60,358 nt of DNA from Conidiobolus incongruus B7586 (GCA_000697335.1 JNEM01012943.1:1-60358); one strand, 5' to 3'; numbered from the stretch's first letter, positions 24,617-37,516 are shown. Numbers and translations: made by a program. Notes: generated by a model from the letters alone, not told the origin.

Positions 24617-27600
24617 TTACCAAGATAATTTGGCTAACTTAGAGTTAGGATACTTTCTCACTAACAACTTTCGAATTTCTTCGCTAATTAGAATAATCAT
24701 TGCGAATATAATGGGAATGAACCAGTATCTCAATTCAATGGGTTTGGTATTAAATAGCATGTTGAACCATGGTACATACACTACGATGCTAGCCATAGAT
24801 ATGGATGCAATGAGTGCAGCGATTAAGTGAGGACTGAAACTCTTTGGAGCAAATGGATTGAAATTTAGGATGGAAACGCGTCTTGTTCGAGTGGCGAAGA
24901 GATTCCCCAAACATTGCATAATCACCAAAGTCACAAAGTAGATGGTTTGACCTTTGCTTTTTACATAGTTTAACTGATCTTGCGTCATGCCTTGGTAGCC
25001 ATCTGACCACTTGTCAAATATCAGAAATAAATCTGATAGCTCCAATTTCTCTGTGTGCATGTAATAGAAATACATAGCGTGAGCAAAGAATGCTTCTTGG
25101 AATCCTATGAATAAATATGCTTGCAGTAACAGTTTTCCGTCTGCTAAACGATCGAGCTTAGCATTTCTGGGGGCTTGGGTCATGAGGTCGAGTTCGGGCT
25201 TTTCGTGCATGAGAGCAAGTGCACTGAACACATCAGTTACAACACATATGATAATCATTAAGAATGCACTCAACGGTAATGGAACCCCAAGTAATATATT
25301 CATTAAAATTGGAATTGTTTCTGAGAAGCTACCAGCTGGTAATAGATATAGAATTACCTTTTTCAAATTATTAAAAGTTAATCTACCATAACGAATAGCT
25401 TCTAGTAATGAAGAAAAATTATCTTCAATGAGGATCATATGAGCAGCTTCCATTGCTACAGAAGAGCCTCCTCCCATTGCAATCCCAACATTTGCAGACC
25501 TAAGCGCTGGGGCATCATTTACACCGTCTCCCGTTACTGCAATTCTGAATTTACGCTTCTGAAATTGTTGAACAACGGCTAATTTATGATCTGGAGTAGC
25601 TCTGGAAAAGACTATTTCGTCATATTGGCAAATTCTATCCCATTCAAGCTCATTTAAACCTTCAATCTCAGGACCGTTAATTAATAGAGATCGAGCAGGA
25701 CTAGTTTGAGATTTCTCATTATGTACACATACTTCAATAATTTCGGTCCCGGCTTTCGCTACAACATTCTCAATAGTATCGATTTCTGAATTGCTGATAA
25801 TTCCCACTTGTCTTGCAATGGCTGTTGCAGTCAGAGAAAAATCACCCGTCAGCATCATAACCTTAATGCCAGCTGATCGAAATTGTTTTAAAGTATCCCG
25901 AATACCATCACGAGGGGGATCAATTAAGCCACACAGGCCAACCAAGCACAAATTAGAAATTGGATTCTCTACATCTATTGTAAAATGAGAAAGATCTTGA
26001 TCGTTGGGTAAAATAGCCCTAGCCAGCAGCAACATGCGATGACCTTGCTTACTCCAATACTTACGCTCGTCCTTAAAAAATTTCCTTTTAGCAAAATCTA
26101 GAGGTTTTTGCACGCCATTTTCGTCCAAATAAAATTGACAGCAGGGTAAAATAACATCAGGAGCGCCCTTGATCATCATAATGCGTTGCTTGGTATTAAA
26201 TACGTTGTCCTCGGATTTAGGTTGAACGATCGTAACCATCCATTTATTCTTAGAATTGAAAGGAATCTCTGATATCACAGTATATTCTTGCTGGAATTCG
26301 CTATTAGATTTAAATCTCTCTGAAAATCTCAAGAGCCCTGAATCTGTGGCACTTCCATATACTGTCCTTTGATTAATGGGTAGTTTCAAATGGTCTTTTT
26401 CAAAGGTGGCAGCATTGCAAAGTGATGAAATAGCTATGAGTTCCATAAATATGGGATGATATTGATCATGCAATTCGTAACAATCATTTAATTTATAGCA
26501 CTTATCCAATACTACCGACATCACTGTCATTCGATTGTTAGTCAAAGTCCCCGTCTTGTCCATTGCAATCATTTGAATAGAGCCCAAAGCTTCTACAATA
26601 TCCAAATTCTTCACCACTATTTTTTCGTCTGACATTTTCCTTGCAATGATGGTTAGTGTCAAAGTGACTGCAATAGGTAATCCAACAGGTAAGAATGCCA
26701 CTAATACACCAATGACATTGACGAGCATATCGGATAAACTTAAAAATGAGGGGTATTTAACTTTTAGCCAAGATACCCATACAATGAGTACAAATAAACC
26801 TGTGGTAAGTGCCAATGTGGCAATGATTTTGACAAAAAAGCCAATTTCCTTCACCAGCAAAATCTCTTTATTAATAGATTTGCATGACATTTTAGCAATC
26901 TTTCCCATGACTGTATCATCTCCAATATTAATCACAATACCCTTACCTTCGCCATTTGTCACTAGGGTGCCCATTAAAGCAATGTTTCGACTCACCAAAT
27001 AATCCTCGTCTGTGCATTCAGGAACAGTTTTCACTGGGTCATTCTCGCCCGTAAGCATAGAACGGTCAATTTTCAAGTCCTTCCCTTCGATAACACGAAT
27101 ATCCGCAGGTACTTTCATACCCAATTTCAAATCGACTAAATCGCCCTCGACCAATTCCGCTGTAGAAATCGAATGATGAACACTATCTCTAGTCACCAAT
27201 ACATTATTCGGAATCATATTACTAATGGAACTCAAGATCTTATTCGAACTAAAATGCTGATAAATATGAAATGAAATATGTAGACATACCACCAAAATCA
27301 ACAGAATTGCCAATGCTAGATTGGAACTATCCGGATTATCTCCGCCAAGAGGTTTATAAGCAAGAATAGACAAGATGGAAGCAATCCACAACACAGTTGA
27401 AAACCCTCCAAACAGAGCCTGCAAGAATTTTTTCAAAAACATAGACTTGGGAGGACTGATGACATTCTGGCCGTATTTGGATAATCTTTCACTTGCTACT
27501 CTTTGAGAAAGACCTTCTGAATCTGATGTGGAGAATCTGCAGCATAGCTTGGGTATAGACAGAGTATGATAATCGATTTTCATTCCTTCGTTTGGCATAT

Positions 27601-27718
27601 ATACTGGATCTATTGTGCTTTTGTTAGGTTTTTTCCTTTGAAATAATCTTGCAAAAGGTTTCAATAAAAAATGAATTTGTTTGCGTTTGCTTGACATCTT
27701 TTCCACCAAAGTAATCAT
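24617..27718 (-). CDS. P-type ATPase, ACU/P2C-like, copy 2, intronless, 1033 aa
   Basis: DKTGTLT, IPFNSKNKW, KGAP, DPPR, MLTGD, TGDGVNDAPAL, YLLPAGSFSE, ICVVTD. M4 reads VAFLPVGLP; A-domain loop reads TGEN. Colinear paralog of 12765-15869. The start could be the Met at codon 8. Confidence 0.95.
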   Translation of the reverse strand: MITLVEKMSSKRKQIHFLLKPFARLFQRKKPNKSTIDPVYMPNEGMKIDYHTLSIPKLCCRFSTSDSEGLSQRVASERLSKYGQNVISPPKSMFLKKFLQALFGGFSTVLWIASILSILAYKPLGGDNPDSSNLALAILLILVVCLHISFHIYQHFSSNKILSSISNMIPNNVLVTRDSVHHSISTAELVEGDLVDLKLGMKVPADIRVIEGKDLKIDRSMLTGENDPVKTVPECTDEDYLVSRNIALMGTLVTNGEGKGIVINIGDDTVMGKIAKMSCKSINKEILLVKEIGFFVKIIATLALTTGLFVLIVWVSWLKVKYPSFLSLSDMLVNVIGVLVAFLPVGLPIAVTLTLTIIARKMSDEKIVVKNLDIVEALGSIQMIAMDKTGTLTNNRMTVMSVVLDKCYKLNDCYELHDQYHPIFMELIAISSLCNAATFEKDHLKLPINQRTVYGSATDSGLLRFSERFKSNSEFQQEYTVISEIPFNSKNKWMVTIVQPKSEDNVFNTKQRIMMIKGAPDVILPCCQFYLDENGVQKPLDFAKRKFFKDERKYWSKQGHRMLLLARAILPNDQDLSHFTIDVENPISNLCLVGLCGLIDPPRDGIRDTLKQFRSAGIKVMMLTGDFSLTATAIARQVGIISNSEIDTIENVVAKAGTEIIEVCVHNEKSQTSPARSLLINGPEIEGLNELEWDRICQYDEIVFSRATPDHKLAVVQQFQKRKFRIAVTGDGVNDAPALRSANVGIAMGGGSSVAMEAAHMILIEDNFSSLLEAIRYGRLTFNNLKKVILYLLPAGSFSETIPILMNILLGVPLPLSAFLMIIICVVTDVFSALALMHEKPELDLMTQAPRNAKLDRLADGKLLLQAYLFIGFQEAFFAHAMYFYYMHTEKLELSDLFLIFDKWSDGYQGMTQDQLNYVKSKGQTIYFVTLVIMQCLGNLFATRTRRVSILNFNPFAPKSFSPHLIAALIASISMASIVVYVPWFNMLFNTKPIELRYWFIPIIFAMIILISEEIRKLLVRKYPNSKLAKLSW

Positions 27719-29606
27719 ATCAAATTTTATCAGTTAAATAAAATTCAAAAAGAATTAATCATTAATATTGTACAATAAATATTAACGAATATTAAGAATA
27801 ATTATAAGAAGTAATAAAAAGCTAACATTAACACCTTTATTATTTCAATATTGAAAAATGCATCTAAATTTCAAATTGATATAAATTTCTGACAATTTAA
27901 AATTATAAAATCATATCTACCAAATGAATACAAGGTAATATTTATTATTTTAGACAATTTTAATAAATGAGTTAACCTCTACAAATCATCAAGATTGACC
28001 AATAAATTCATGATTAGGATTTGATTCCAAATTTAATTTTATTTCAAATTAAAAAACATCAGCCAATTACTCAAATTTATAACTAAATTACATGATAATT
28101 GAAAACAAGTCATATTAAAAATTTTTATAATTATAATATTATATTTTTAAATATCTAATATAGTTCAAATATGATCCTCTATCACACCTAAGTTAAAATT
28201 ACTCAATTCATCATTTTACCAATTTTTAGTGTTAATCTGTTTAGTTTGATTTTACTGCATTTAAAAACTTGATGAAACTAGGACCCTCCAATCAAATTAA
28301 AGAATGAATTATCATGAGGCTTAATCAATTTTCAGTTAATTTTTATTTAATACTAAAAATCGGATCAATTTTTTTAAAATAATTTTGGTTTCATTATTTT
28401 GAAATTTTGCTGCAAATTTTTTGACAATTTAGAATGGCTAAATATTAAATAATATAACTATATTTATATTAGTAGTTATAATTTTTTCAATTTCTGGTGA
28501 TAGAAATAGTTAATTATAATTATAACTCTTTAACTAGACTAGTATCACTCTATATCAAAATTCAAATGCATTCAAGAATTATGATTTCTGGCTGTGTTTA
28601 CCAATATGTCAAATAAAATTCCAAATTACTTTAAACTAACAGGAATATATATTACTTTGGATTATTACCAGAAAAATAAGGCTGGTATTTATACGGGTAA
28701 TTCCAATTATAAAAATGCCGAAGGGACACCAAAAATTATCGAATGATTTTATGAAATGAATTCAATATCGTAATAGAAAAACAAAATTATGTCATAGAGT
28801 GATCAAAAATAATTAAAATCTTAATATTTATTCCAACTATTTTTAATGTATAAATTTCATTTAGGATATTTGTGTGTTTTTTAAAAGATAAAATAATCCA
28901 TTTAAAATATATGTTAAATTCATATTTAATAATGCTTTTTTCAAAAATAAAACTATATTAATAAATGTATATATTTTCACACTATTCCACTATTACCACT
29001 ATAATATAAACGAAAATATGACCCAAAATCCAATAAAATCAATAATAATTACAAGATTTTAGTTTGAGTATTATATCTGGAACAATTTCAATTACAAATC
29101 GGGAAATAGCCGAAGCTCAATCTTTCTTAAATTTGATTTGGTACCAAAATTGAACCATTGAAAATAATTAAAATTATAACAATATGCTTTATATTAAATT
29201 AAAATTCTTCCAATATTGTAAATTTGAATTTAATCAATGTAAAATGGATAACATGACTATAAAAGAAAAAAAGATATAATTAATGATAATTAGGATTATT
29301 TGGAAATACTTGATTATATTATCAAACATATTCAAAGCTTTTTACGTATAAATCAATGATAAATTTGTACATTTAAATTTAATTCATTACAACACTTTAA
29401 AAAATTTATAATATTGAACAATAAATTATTTTATTATCAAATCAGATATTACACATTTAAAATATTTAAAAATGATTAATCTATTTATTATAAATCAATA
29501 TATATATATCAAGCTTATTAACTCTACTTTCAAAATGTAAAACTTAGATATAAAATTGATTATGCAATATGTTTAAAATGCTGATATTTTAGTAAAATAA
29601 TCTTCG

Positions 29607-30098
29607 TGTCAGGTACTCGATAACACTGGCCAGAGTCAAGGTAGTTAGATCGCTGGTCATAGTGAAGCATAGTAAGTCCGTGACATGTAGGACGAGCTGA
29701 AGCACATACATGACTAGCTGGGTAGCGAGCATGATGAGCAGTGGTGGGGAATACGCTACTGTATGTGGGTCGACAGTGATTAATTAGCCTGCATTCATCT
29801 AGATCAAATAATGCGAATACAATTGATAGAATAACTCCGAATTTAGTCAGTTTTAAAGTGATTTTTATTGACTCCGTAAGGTAGAGCAGTAGCTGGTAAG
29901 CTAAACGTCGGATAAGCATTCTACCAGAATTCCTTAATTATTCTCCTTACTTTTATGTTAGCCTATGCTTTTTATTGGGAGCTATAGGCTAACCGATGAA
30001 GTCATCCTCGTGCACCGCGCAATGTGAGTCCCAAGGAGGACAAGATTCCCAATGCACCTCGTCAACTGGTTTTAGCAGAGGGCTCTTTCACCCTGGCA
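29607..30098. mobile_element. Solo LTR-like element (492 bp)
   Basis: Sharp GC-rich island with inverted termini TGTCAGG...CCTGGCA. Flanks CTTCG / TTTTG could be an eroded 5-bp TSD. No credible ORF. Confidence 0.7.
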
Positions 30099-31080
30099 TT
30101 TTGATTAAAATATGTGTATATACCATGTATATACTCATAGCAATAATGTTTAAAATTTCTAAATTCTGGCAAATAGGTTTTAAAAATTTTAAATTTTTTC
30201 AAATAATAGTATAGTATTTAAAAACATCTCTTGAACTCAATCTATTTCTTATTTTTGATTTGTCTAATCATTTTTCAATTTAGAAATTTTTTGAATTAAT
30301 CAAGCCATTTCAAGTTCTAACACTTTATTATAATATTTTGATTATGAGTTTTATTTCAACAATATTCATTGTCAAAATTATCATGTGTTTACATAATTGA
30401 TAGTTTATAAAAATTAATAATTATTTAAAGATTAAATATCCACAGAATTCCCATTTAATTATATTAATCATTAATCTGAAATTTCCACATCATTAATTAT
30501 TTTCAACCAGATATATATTTTATGCTTGAATTGAGTATACGTTACAATTTAATAAAAACGTTTTTAAATTCAAATATATTTACCAACGTTAATCTTATAC
30601 ATATATTAACATTTAAATAGCTTGTCGAAATATGATATCATAATAGGCAATACACTATAATATATTTTTATTATCAAACTGAATACCATATAAATTGAAA
30701 TCCGAACTCTTGGCTATTTACGGATAATTTTATTAACCTTTGGATTAGGAAAATTTCACAAGTCACAGAATTTAAATTTCAATTATTTTCAAATAAATAC
30801 AAAATAATCAGTACAAAAAACAGACTATAATAGTCATAAAAATATATTAATGGATATTTATTTAAGTTTATTATTTATTAAGATATTAAATTTTTTTTTG
30901 ATTAATTTATCAAATTATTAACCAAAAGGATTTTAATTTTTGAATGCTAATCAAAATACCTTTTCATAACATTATAAATTAAATTCCCATAATACTTAAT
31001 CAGGTATCAATTCAATGTATAAAAGCTTAAAAATGCCAATAACCAATCCCCAAAACTCCATTTACCAATAAAATAATATA

Positions 31081-34000
31081 ATGACAAATTTTACAGTCCT
31101 TGTCAAAAGTGAACCACAGAGACAGGTACTTTTACTACCAACAAATAATCAGAATGGTGTCAAAAACTTTGGAGCGTTATTCCAACTGAATGATACAGAG
31201 TTTACTAGCACAAATGTTGGAGCAATTCATATTAGTTTGGTAGAGTTAGACAAGGTCAATAAGAAAGAATGGACCAGATTGACCAACGGTTACGGTTGCT
31301 TGGGATTTTTGAATATTGATAAGGGTATTTATATTTATATATAATATATAATCTATTATTAATGATTTATTAGATATATATTTATTGATTATATCATCAC
31401 AAACTAGAGTATGCCAACTACCTAACGAAGAGAATATATATAGAATTAACGATGTTCAATTCGTCAATTTAATTCACGATTATTACGATATTGATTTTGA
31501 TAAACTATGGGCTTTCGAGAGGGATCATTACGACAGTGAGGAGGAGATGCAGCAAGAATTAAAGTATAATTATGATAATGTCAGATTATTTTTGAGTAGA
31601 AATTTCTTCTATTATTCAACAGATATGGATTTGACAAGATTTACTCAGAGCAGGTGATATATATAGAATATATTACTCTAATTAATGTTATTTATTTAAT
31701 GTTTTTTAGACTGAAGCAACAGCAAATTTACCAATTTGACGAAACGTTCTTATGGAACAGTGATATGATGTATCCTTTGAGATCTTTCTTTCATAATTTA
31801 AATCCCAATAAGAAGAAAGCATTTTTGAAGAATGGCTATATGGTTCCTATGATTCAAGGGTTCTGCGATTTGAAACAACTGTCAACAGGTGAAGATTTGA
31901 AGATTGGTATTATTTCTAGGATGGGATGGAAACGAGCTGGTAATTGGATTATATTAATTTATATATATGTGGTTAATATTTGGTGATTAGGTACTAGATT
32001 TAATACTAGAGGTATTGATGATGCAGGCAATGTAGCCAATTTCACAGAAGTAATCAACATAATATATCGAAATATATCATATATTAAATCTTTCTCAATT
32101 AGACTGAAATAATATTTTTCAATTCTGATTTTTTATTCAGTTTCTTACAAATTCGAGGCAGTGTACCAGGTAAATTAAAATAGAAAATAATTTATAACTT
32201 TAATTAACTATTTTATTATTGATTAGCATTTTGGGAACAAAATGTAATATATAAATATAACATAATATATACATATAAATGATATTAATAAATATCTTAT
32301 AGGGGTTACAACTAATGGGTCACAAAATCCAAATTATGAGAGGATTGGAAGCAACTCTACCAGCTTTCAATCAACATTTCCACAAACTGCTGCAACGGTA
32401 CAAAAATATCCAAGTGGTGAATTTATTAAGTCAGAAGGATGGTCCCGAACTTCAGCTAGGTAATTTGTATGCGAATCTGATAGCTCACTTTTTGAGTGGT
32501 CAGAAGACAGATGGCAAATTGAATTTAGTGGATTTTGACTTCCATGCAGTGTGTAAGGGTAATAACTATCAGTTTGCGTTGTTGTTGGTGGACCAGATGG
32601 AGAGCCAGTTGGAGGAATTTGGATTTTGTGGTGTGGATCTTGCCACTAATAAGTTGATGCATACTCAAGAGGGTGTTTTTAGAACAAATTGTTTGGACTG
32701 GTAAATTTATTACATAACTTCATCAAACTTGTATTAATCTTATTATTATTTTGTAATTAAACATTATACAGTTTGGATAGGTAATTTGAATCAGATAGCT
32801 AACTACCACAATATTTATATTAATATAATTATTTAGAACTAATGTTGTCCAAGGTTTATTCACTCAGTATCATCTCAAAAGGATCTTACAAGAGTTTGGA
32901 CTAAGTCACCTCTATGGTCAAGTCATCCCTGTTATTTCTCAATTGATGGGGCAGAATGGGGATGCCATTTCCAGAATTTATGCGGGTACGGGTGCTCTAA
33001 AATCTAGTTTTACTAAGAGCGGTAAATCGTCCATTGCAGGTAATCCAACAATGTTGGGATTTGAACATTAGTTAACTTGAATTGATTAGGTCTTTTGAAC
33101 GATGCTTCCAAATCCGTGAATAGAATGTATATTGGCGCTGTGACCGATAGAGTGAAACAAGAGCTGACAGATATGTTATTGGTAATTATAATATTTTTTT
33201 TTGAAATTTTTTGCGTTATTAATCAGTAATTAGGGTAAATTACCTGGACAAGTTAAATTAGTATTGGACGGACCTTCTAATTTTGATTCGATACCCAAAT
33301 CACCCAATCAACAGTAATCTTTTTATATTCAAGTTTAATTTACATACTAATATATGATCTAGAGCTTTGGAATTACATCATCCCAACACTAGTCAACCAC
33401 CTAAGAAACTAACAATACATTGTGGTACATATAACGTGAATGGACGTCATCCAAGCGGTCAAAGTTTAGTTGATTGGATTCTACCTCCCAAGCGTAAGTT
33501 TAATATTAATCAATTTATTCGCATATTAATTATAGTATATAGTTGAAGAAGATATTCCAGATCTTTATGTTATGGCATTTCAAGAAATTGTCGAATTAAC
33601 ACCCTCTCAAGTAATTTTGGCAATATGAATTGATTAATATATTTATACTAAATTATAAATTAGATATTAAACGCTGATTTAGGTAGAAAGTAATGAATCC
33701 ATTTGTCGTATTAAAATAGCTCTATACTAATTAAATTATATAGATTTATATGGCAAAATATTTTAATTAAAGATTTAAATACTACCTTCCCCGATGGCAA
33801 CTATGTTTTCTTAAGCTCTGAACAATTGGTTGGAATTACTATTTTAATCTTCGCTAGGGATACCATTTTACCATTCATCAATCAGTTGGAAAAATCTATT
33901 AAAAAGGTAACATTATTTAATTATAATATCATACCTCATAGTTGATTGGTTTTAGACCGGTTTTAGTGGCATTGCCGGTAATAAAGGAGCTGCTGCTATT

Positions 34001-35466
34001 AGATTCGTAATTGGCGATGTCTCCTTTTGTTTTGTAGCTTGTCATTTTGCTTCTGGTAAATATGATCATGATAATACTATGGTTGTATACTAATTTTGCA
34101 AATAGGTCAATCTAAAGTTGAAGAGAGAAATTTTGACTATCAGACCATCCATAATGAGTTGACTTTTGGTTTTAATAGAACTATTAATCATCATAAGTAG
34201 CTATTATGCAATTATTATTATTATTATTATTATCAATATTGATCAAGTATGATTTAGTGTGATCGTATATATGGGTGATTTTAACTATCGTATTAATTTG
34301 AGTAATGAACAAGTGCGCCAAATGGCTCACGATCCTAAACATATTGACTCATTGTTGAATTATGATCAAGTAATAACACTAAATAATTTCTAATCTTTAT
34401 ATATTAATCGTATATTTTTAGCTGAAGAGATCAATGCAAAGAGGCTATGCATTCCAAGGATTTTCTGAACATCCTATTGATTTCTTCCCTACTTATCGTT
34501 ACGATATCGGTACAGATATTTATGACACTAGGTAAATATTATTATAGTGTATAATGTTATGTTATTAATTTTTATTCTAGTGAAAAGAGAAGAATTCCAG
34601 CCTGGACAGATCGTATTCTGTACAAAGGATCGGGAGTAAATTTTCCTTTTTATTTTTTATGTTATTAAATATTAATTCAAAATGTTAGATGACTTGTAAT
34701 TATTATACCAGAGCTGAATTGAAAGAATCGGATCATAAGCCAGGTATGTAATATTTTCAGTCATTATTTATTAATTTGTTAACTGACTTTCATTTAGTAA
34801 TGGCTGGATTTAAAATAGATGTAAACTTCATTTATAAATACCAATTATATTAAAATATTTCTAATTAAATATTACTATTAGTTAACCAAATGTCTTGATG
34901 AAGTCAAACAGAGAATGGCTCGGCCTTCAGTCCATGATAAACCCGTCATATCATTCTCTGAGAGGAATATTATTCCAGAGAGAAATGATGTTCCAGTTAA
35001 ATCACAACCTCCACCACGACCTCCTAAACCTCAATTAGCCAATTTAATAAATTTTGACACTGAAACTCCCATTTTGGATTGTAAAGGATGTAAGTACTAT
35101 ACAAAAATTCATATAATTAACGTGTTAAACCTATCATTTTAGTACCTCCTCCTAGTGATGACAGTCAACAATGGTGGAGTTTAAATTCCAAGAACAATTA
35201 TCTGGATGCAATGTCCAAAGGTATTTTCAATCCATTATATATCATATTATTTTTAATGTAGCTATTTAGATTTAATACACATTCAAGAAGATAACGATCC
35301 CTTCAACTATCAGTTTCCTCCCCACAGCTGGAATCCTAAAGTATCAACAAATCCTTTTAGACAACCTGGGTTCCACTTTCCTGATTTTTCTATCCAAAAG
35401 CATATTGGTCATGTCAAGAGAGTTTCTGATTCTTGGACACCTAGGAATCAAAAATTACTAGATTAA
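31081..35466 (+). CDS. Synaptojanin-like polyphosphoinositide phosphatase (Sac1 domain + inositol 5-phosphatase; INP52/INP53-like), ~24 introns
   Basis: GCLGFL, RAGTRFNTRGIDDAGNVANFTETE, RGSVP.FWEQ, RTNCLDCLDRTN, YAGTGALKS, GTYNVNG, FQEIVEL, GNKGA, HFASGQ, GDFNYRI, PTYRYD, RIPAWTDRIL, SDHKP, and a proline-rich tail with NPF. Confidence 0.95.
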
Positions 35467-35828
35467 TTATTTATTTGAATAAAATTTTGAGTAGTTTAAT
35501 AATGCATAATTTTTCGATATGGCGAATTAGCTGTTTATTTATCACATATATCCAAGTTATTCACTATTAATTATAATAGGAACAAAAATGATATCAAGAT
35601 AGTTCGAAATTTTATAAATGATGTCAGTAATTCAAATTCTCAATCGAATTACTAGTCATTATAATTTTAATTAAAGTAATTATCCTAAAGCGATCTTGAT
35701 GGATTATATGTTGTAGATGGAATTAAATGAAAATTTATAAAGTAATTTCGAAATTGTATACTAAAAATATATTAAAATTTGAAAAAAAAATCAAAATTGT
35801 TTGATACAAATGAACCAATTGAAGGATT

Positions 35829-37516
35829 TTATTCTAAAATGAAGCTAACCATAATGGAGGCATTAAGTAAGTTAGCATCAGCTAACGTGTCATCCAAACT
35901 CATCGCTAGTTGACGACGCATGCACACAAGTTCCAAATCTTCAGCCTCTTTGGGGATTTGTGTCTTAACAAATTCAAATAAGTTCAGAACTTTGTCAGAT
36001 TTAGCAAATGTTTGCACTTTATTGCTGCCATCTAATTGAACACATCGATTAATACAATGTTTATATTAAAATAAATATTTTGGTACCTGGGAAGTTGAAT
36101 TTGATTCTTGTCACAGGTATGCCAGCTTCAGGTATAGGAGGAGCCTTAGGTATAATGTTCTTAATCGTTTGCTTCAATTGTTCGGCTGGGTCTGATGAGG
36201 CAGCTTCGGTAACTTCCTCCACCTCATCATCCAGATTGTTCGAATCATCTACAAGATCGATAAGCTCAACAGAATTCTGACCATCATTAGATTTTGTGTC
36301 TTGCATAGCTGAAGAAGAGGATTGAGACTCCTCTCTCAAAGGAGATGGCTGGTTGTTTGCATGTTCCTTTAGGGAGGCAGCAATTGCGGCCTCGATTTGT
36401 TCGGCTTCAGACATTTGATCGAATGTCTTTGGAGGAGGAGGAAGCTTAGGTGGAGGGGCTTGTACAGCACCAGATGGATCGTTCTTGTCCAGGAACTCGG
36501 TAATGATTTCTATAAATTCAGCAGGGGTGAATTCGCGATTCCAAGATACCAATCTTTCACCAGTCCTAGGATCTAAAACAGCGATATGGGGAAAGCCCTC
36601 AAAAGGATAAAATGTCTTGTACCATTGACCTTCATGATGTTGAATCAAATACTGAATAAAAATAAAGTTTTCTCTGATAATAGACTTGACAGCAGGAGAC
36701 TTCCAAACATCTCTATTTAAAACTTGGCATGCAAATTCTGTAGGGTCTTGGATATTCAATAATAAGAATTTCTTATCCTGTTTTCCTTTAATTCTTGCCT
36801 ATTGATAAATAAATTTTTATTTTTTGTTATAAATTAAAAAAATCAAATTTACTTGTTCTATAGATCCTGTAAACATTAAATCCAATGGGGGCTTGAAAAG
36901 ATCTTCCAATTTTCTCTCTTTAGAACGAGCTGTCAGATTCAAAATTAATATTAAATTTAGAAAAAAAATAAATATAGGAACTTACTGGGAGAAGTTTCAA
37001 CATCAATGCTAGATTCATCTTCACTGAAAGCATTAGAAAAAGAACTAATTTTAGTTAAAAACTCATACAAACAGAAAAAGGGATTTTGAAAAAATAAAAT
37101 AAAATAAAAAATTACCGTATGGATCTGGAATGATAGGGTGCAAAAGGGTTACCACTTAATACGCTTGGAAAAGGGTCTACGAGTCTTTCAGTAATGGGAC
37201 GAATTGGTGACCTAACTTGGTTGGTTTCGGCAAGTTGACTAGCCAAACGTGCGTCTGCTTCTATCTGATCAAAATCGGTTTCAAAATTAGCTGAACTAGT
37301 GCTAGGTCGATTTATTGTGGAAGGAGTTTCATCGGTATTGAAATAATTTGTAACAGCATTGGTGATATCACCCTCAAAAGCCTAAAAACTTTGGTTTAAT
37401 TTTATAAATTTATATGAATTTTTGTTAAAATTAACCTCTAAATATTGTTTAGCAGTCTGAGGATCTGTATTTGTCAAGCTAACAAATTGTTCAACTAAAT
37501 CATCACTAATATCCAT
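35829..37516 (-). CDS. UBX domain protein, Ubx5/UBXN7-like (UBA-like, UAS, UIM, UBX)
   Basis: MDISDDLVEQFVSLT..AKQYLE (UBA-like), LEDLFKPPLDLMF, NIQDPTEFACQVLNRDVW (UAS), EAEQIEAAIAASL (UIM), and C-terminal UBX (TRIKF..TLADANLLNASI). Confidence 0.92.

Noticed and set aside
28530..28746. 46-codon ORF MSNKIPNYFKLTG... with a frameshifted upstream piece
   Set aside because: Could be a pseudogene fragment, but it is too short and no family is recognisable.
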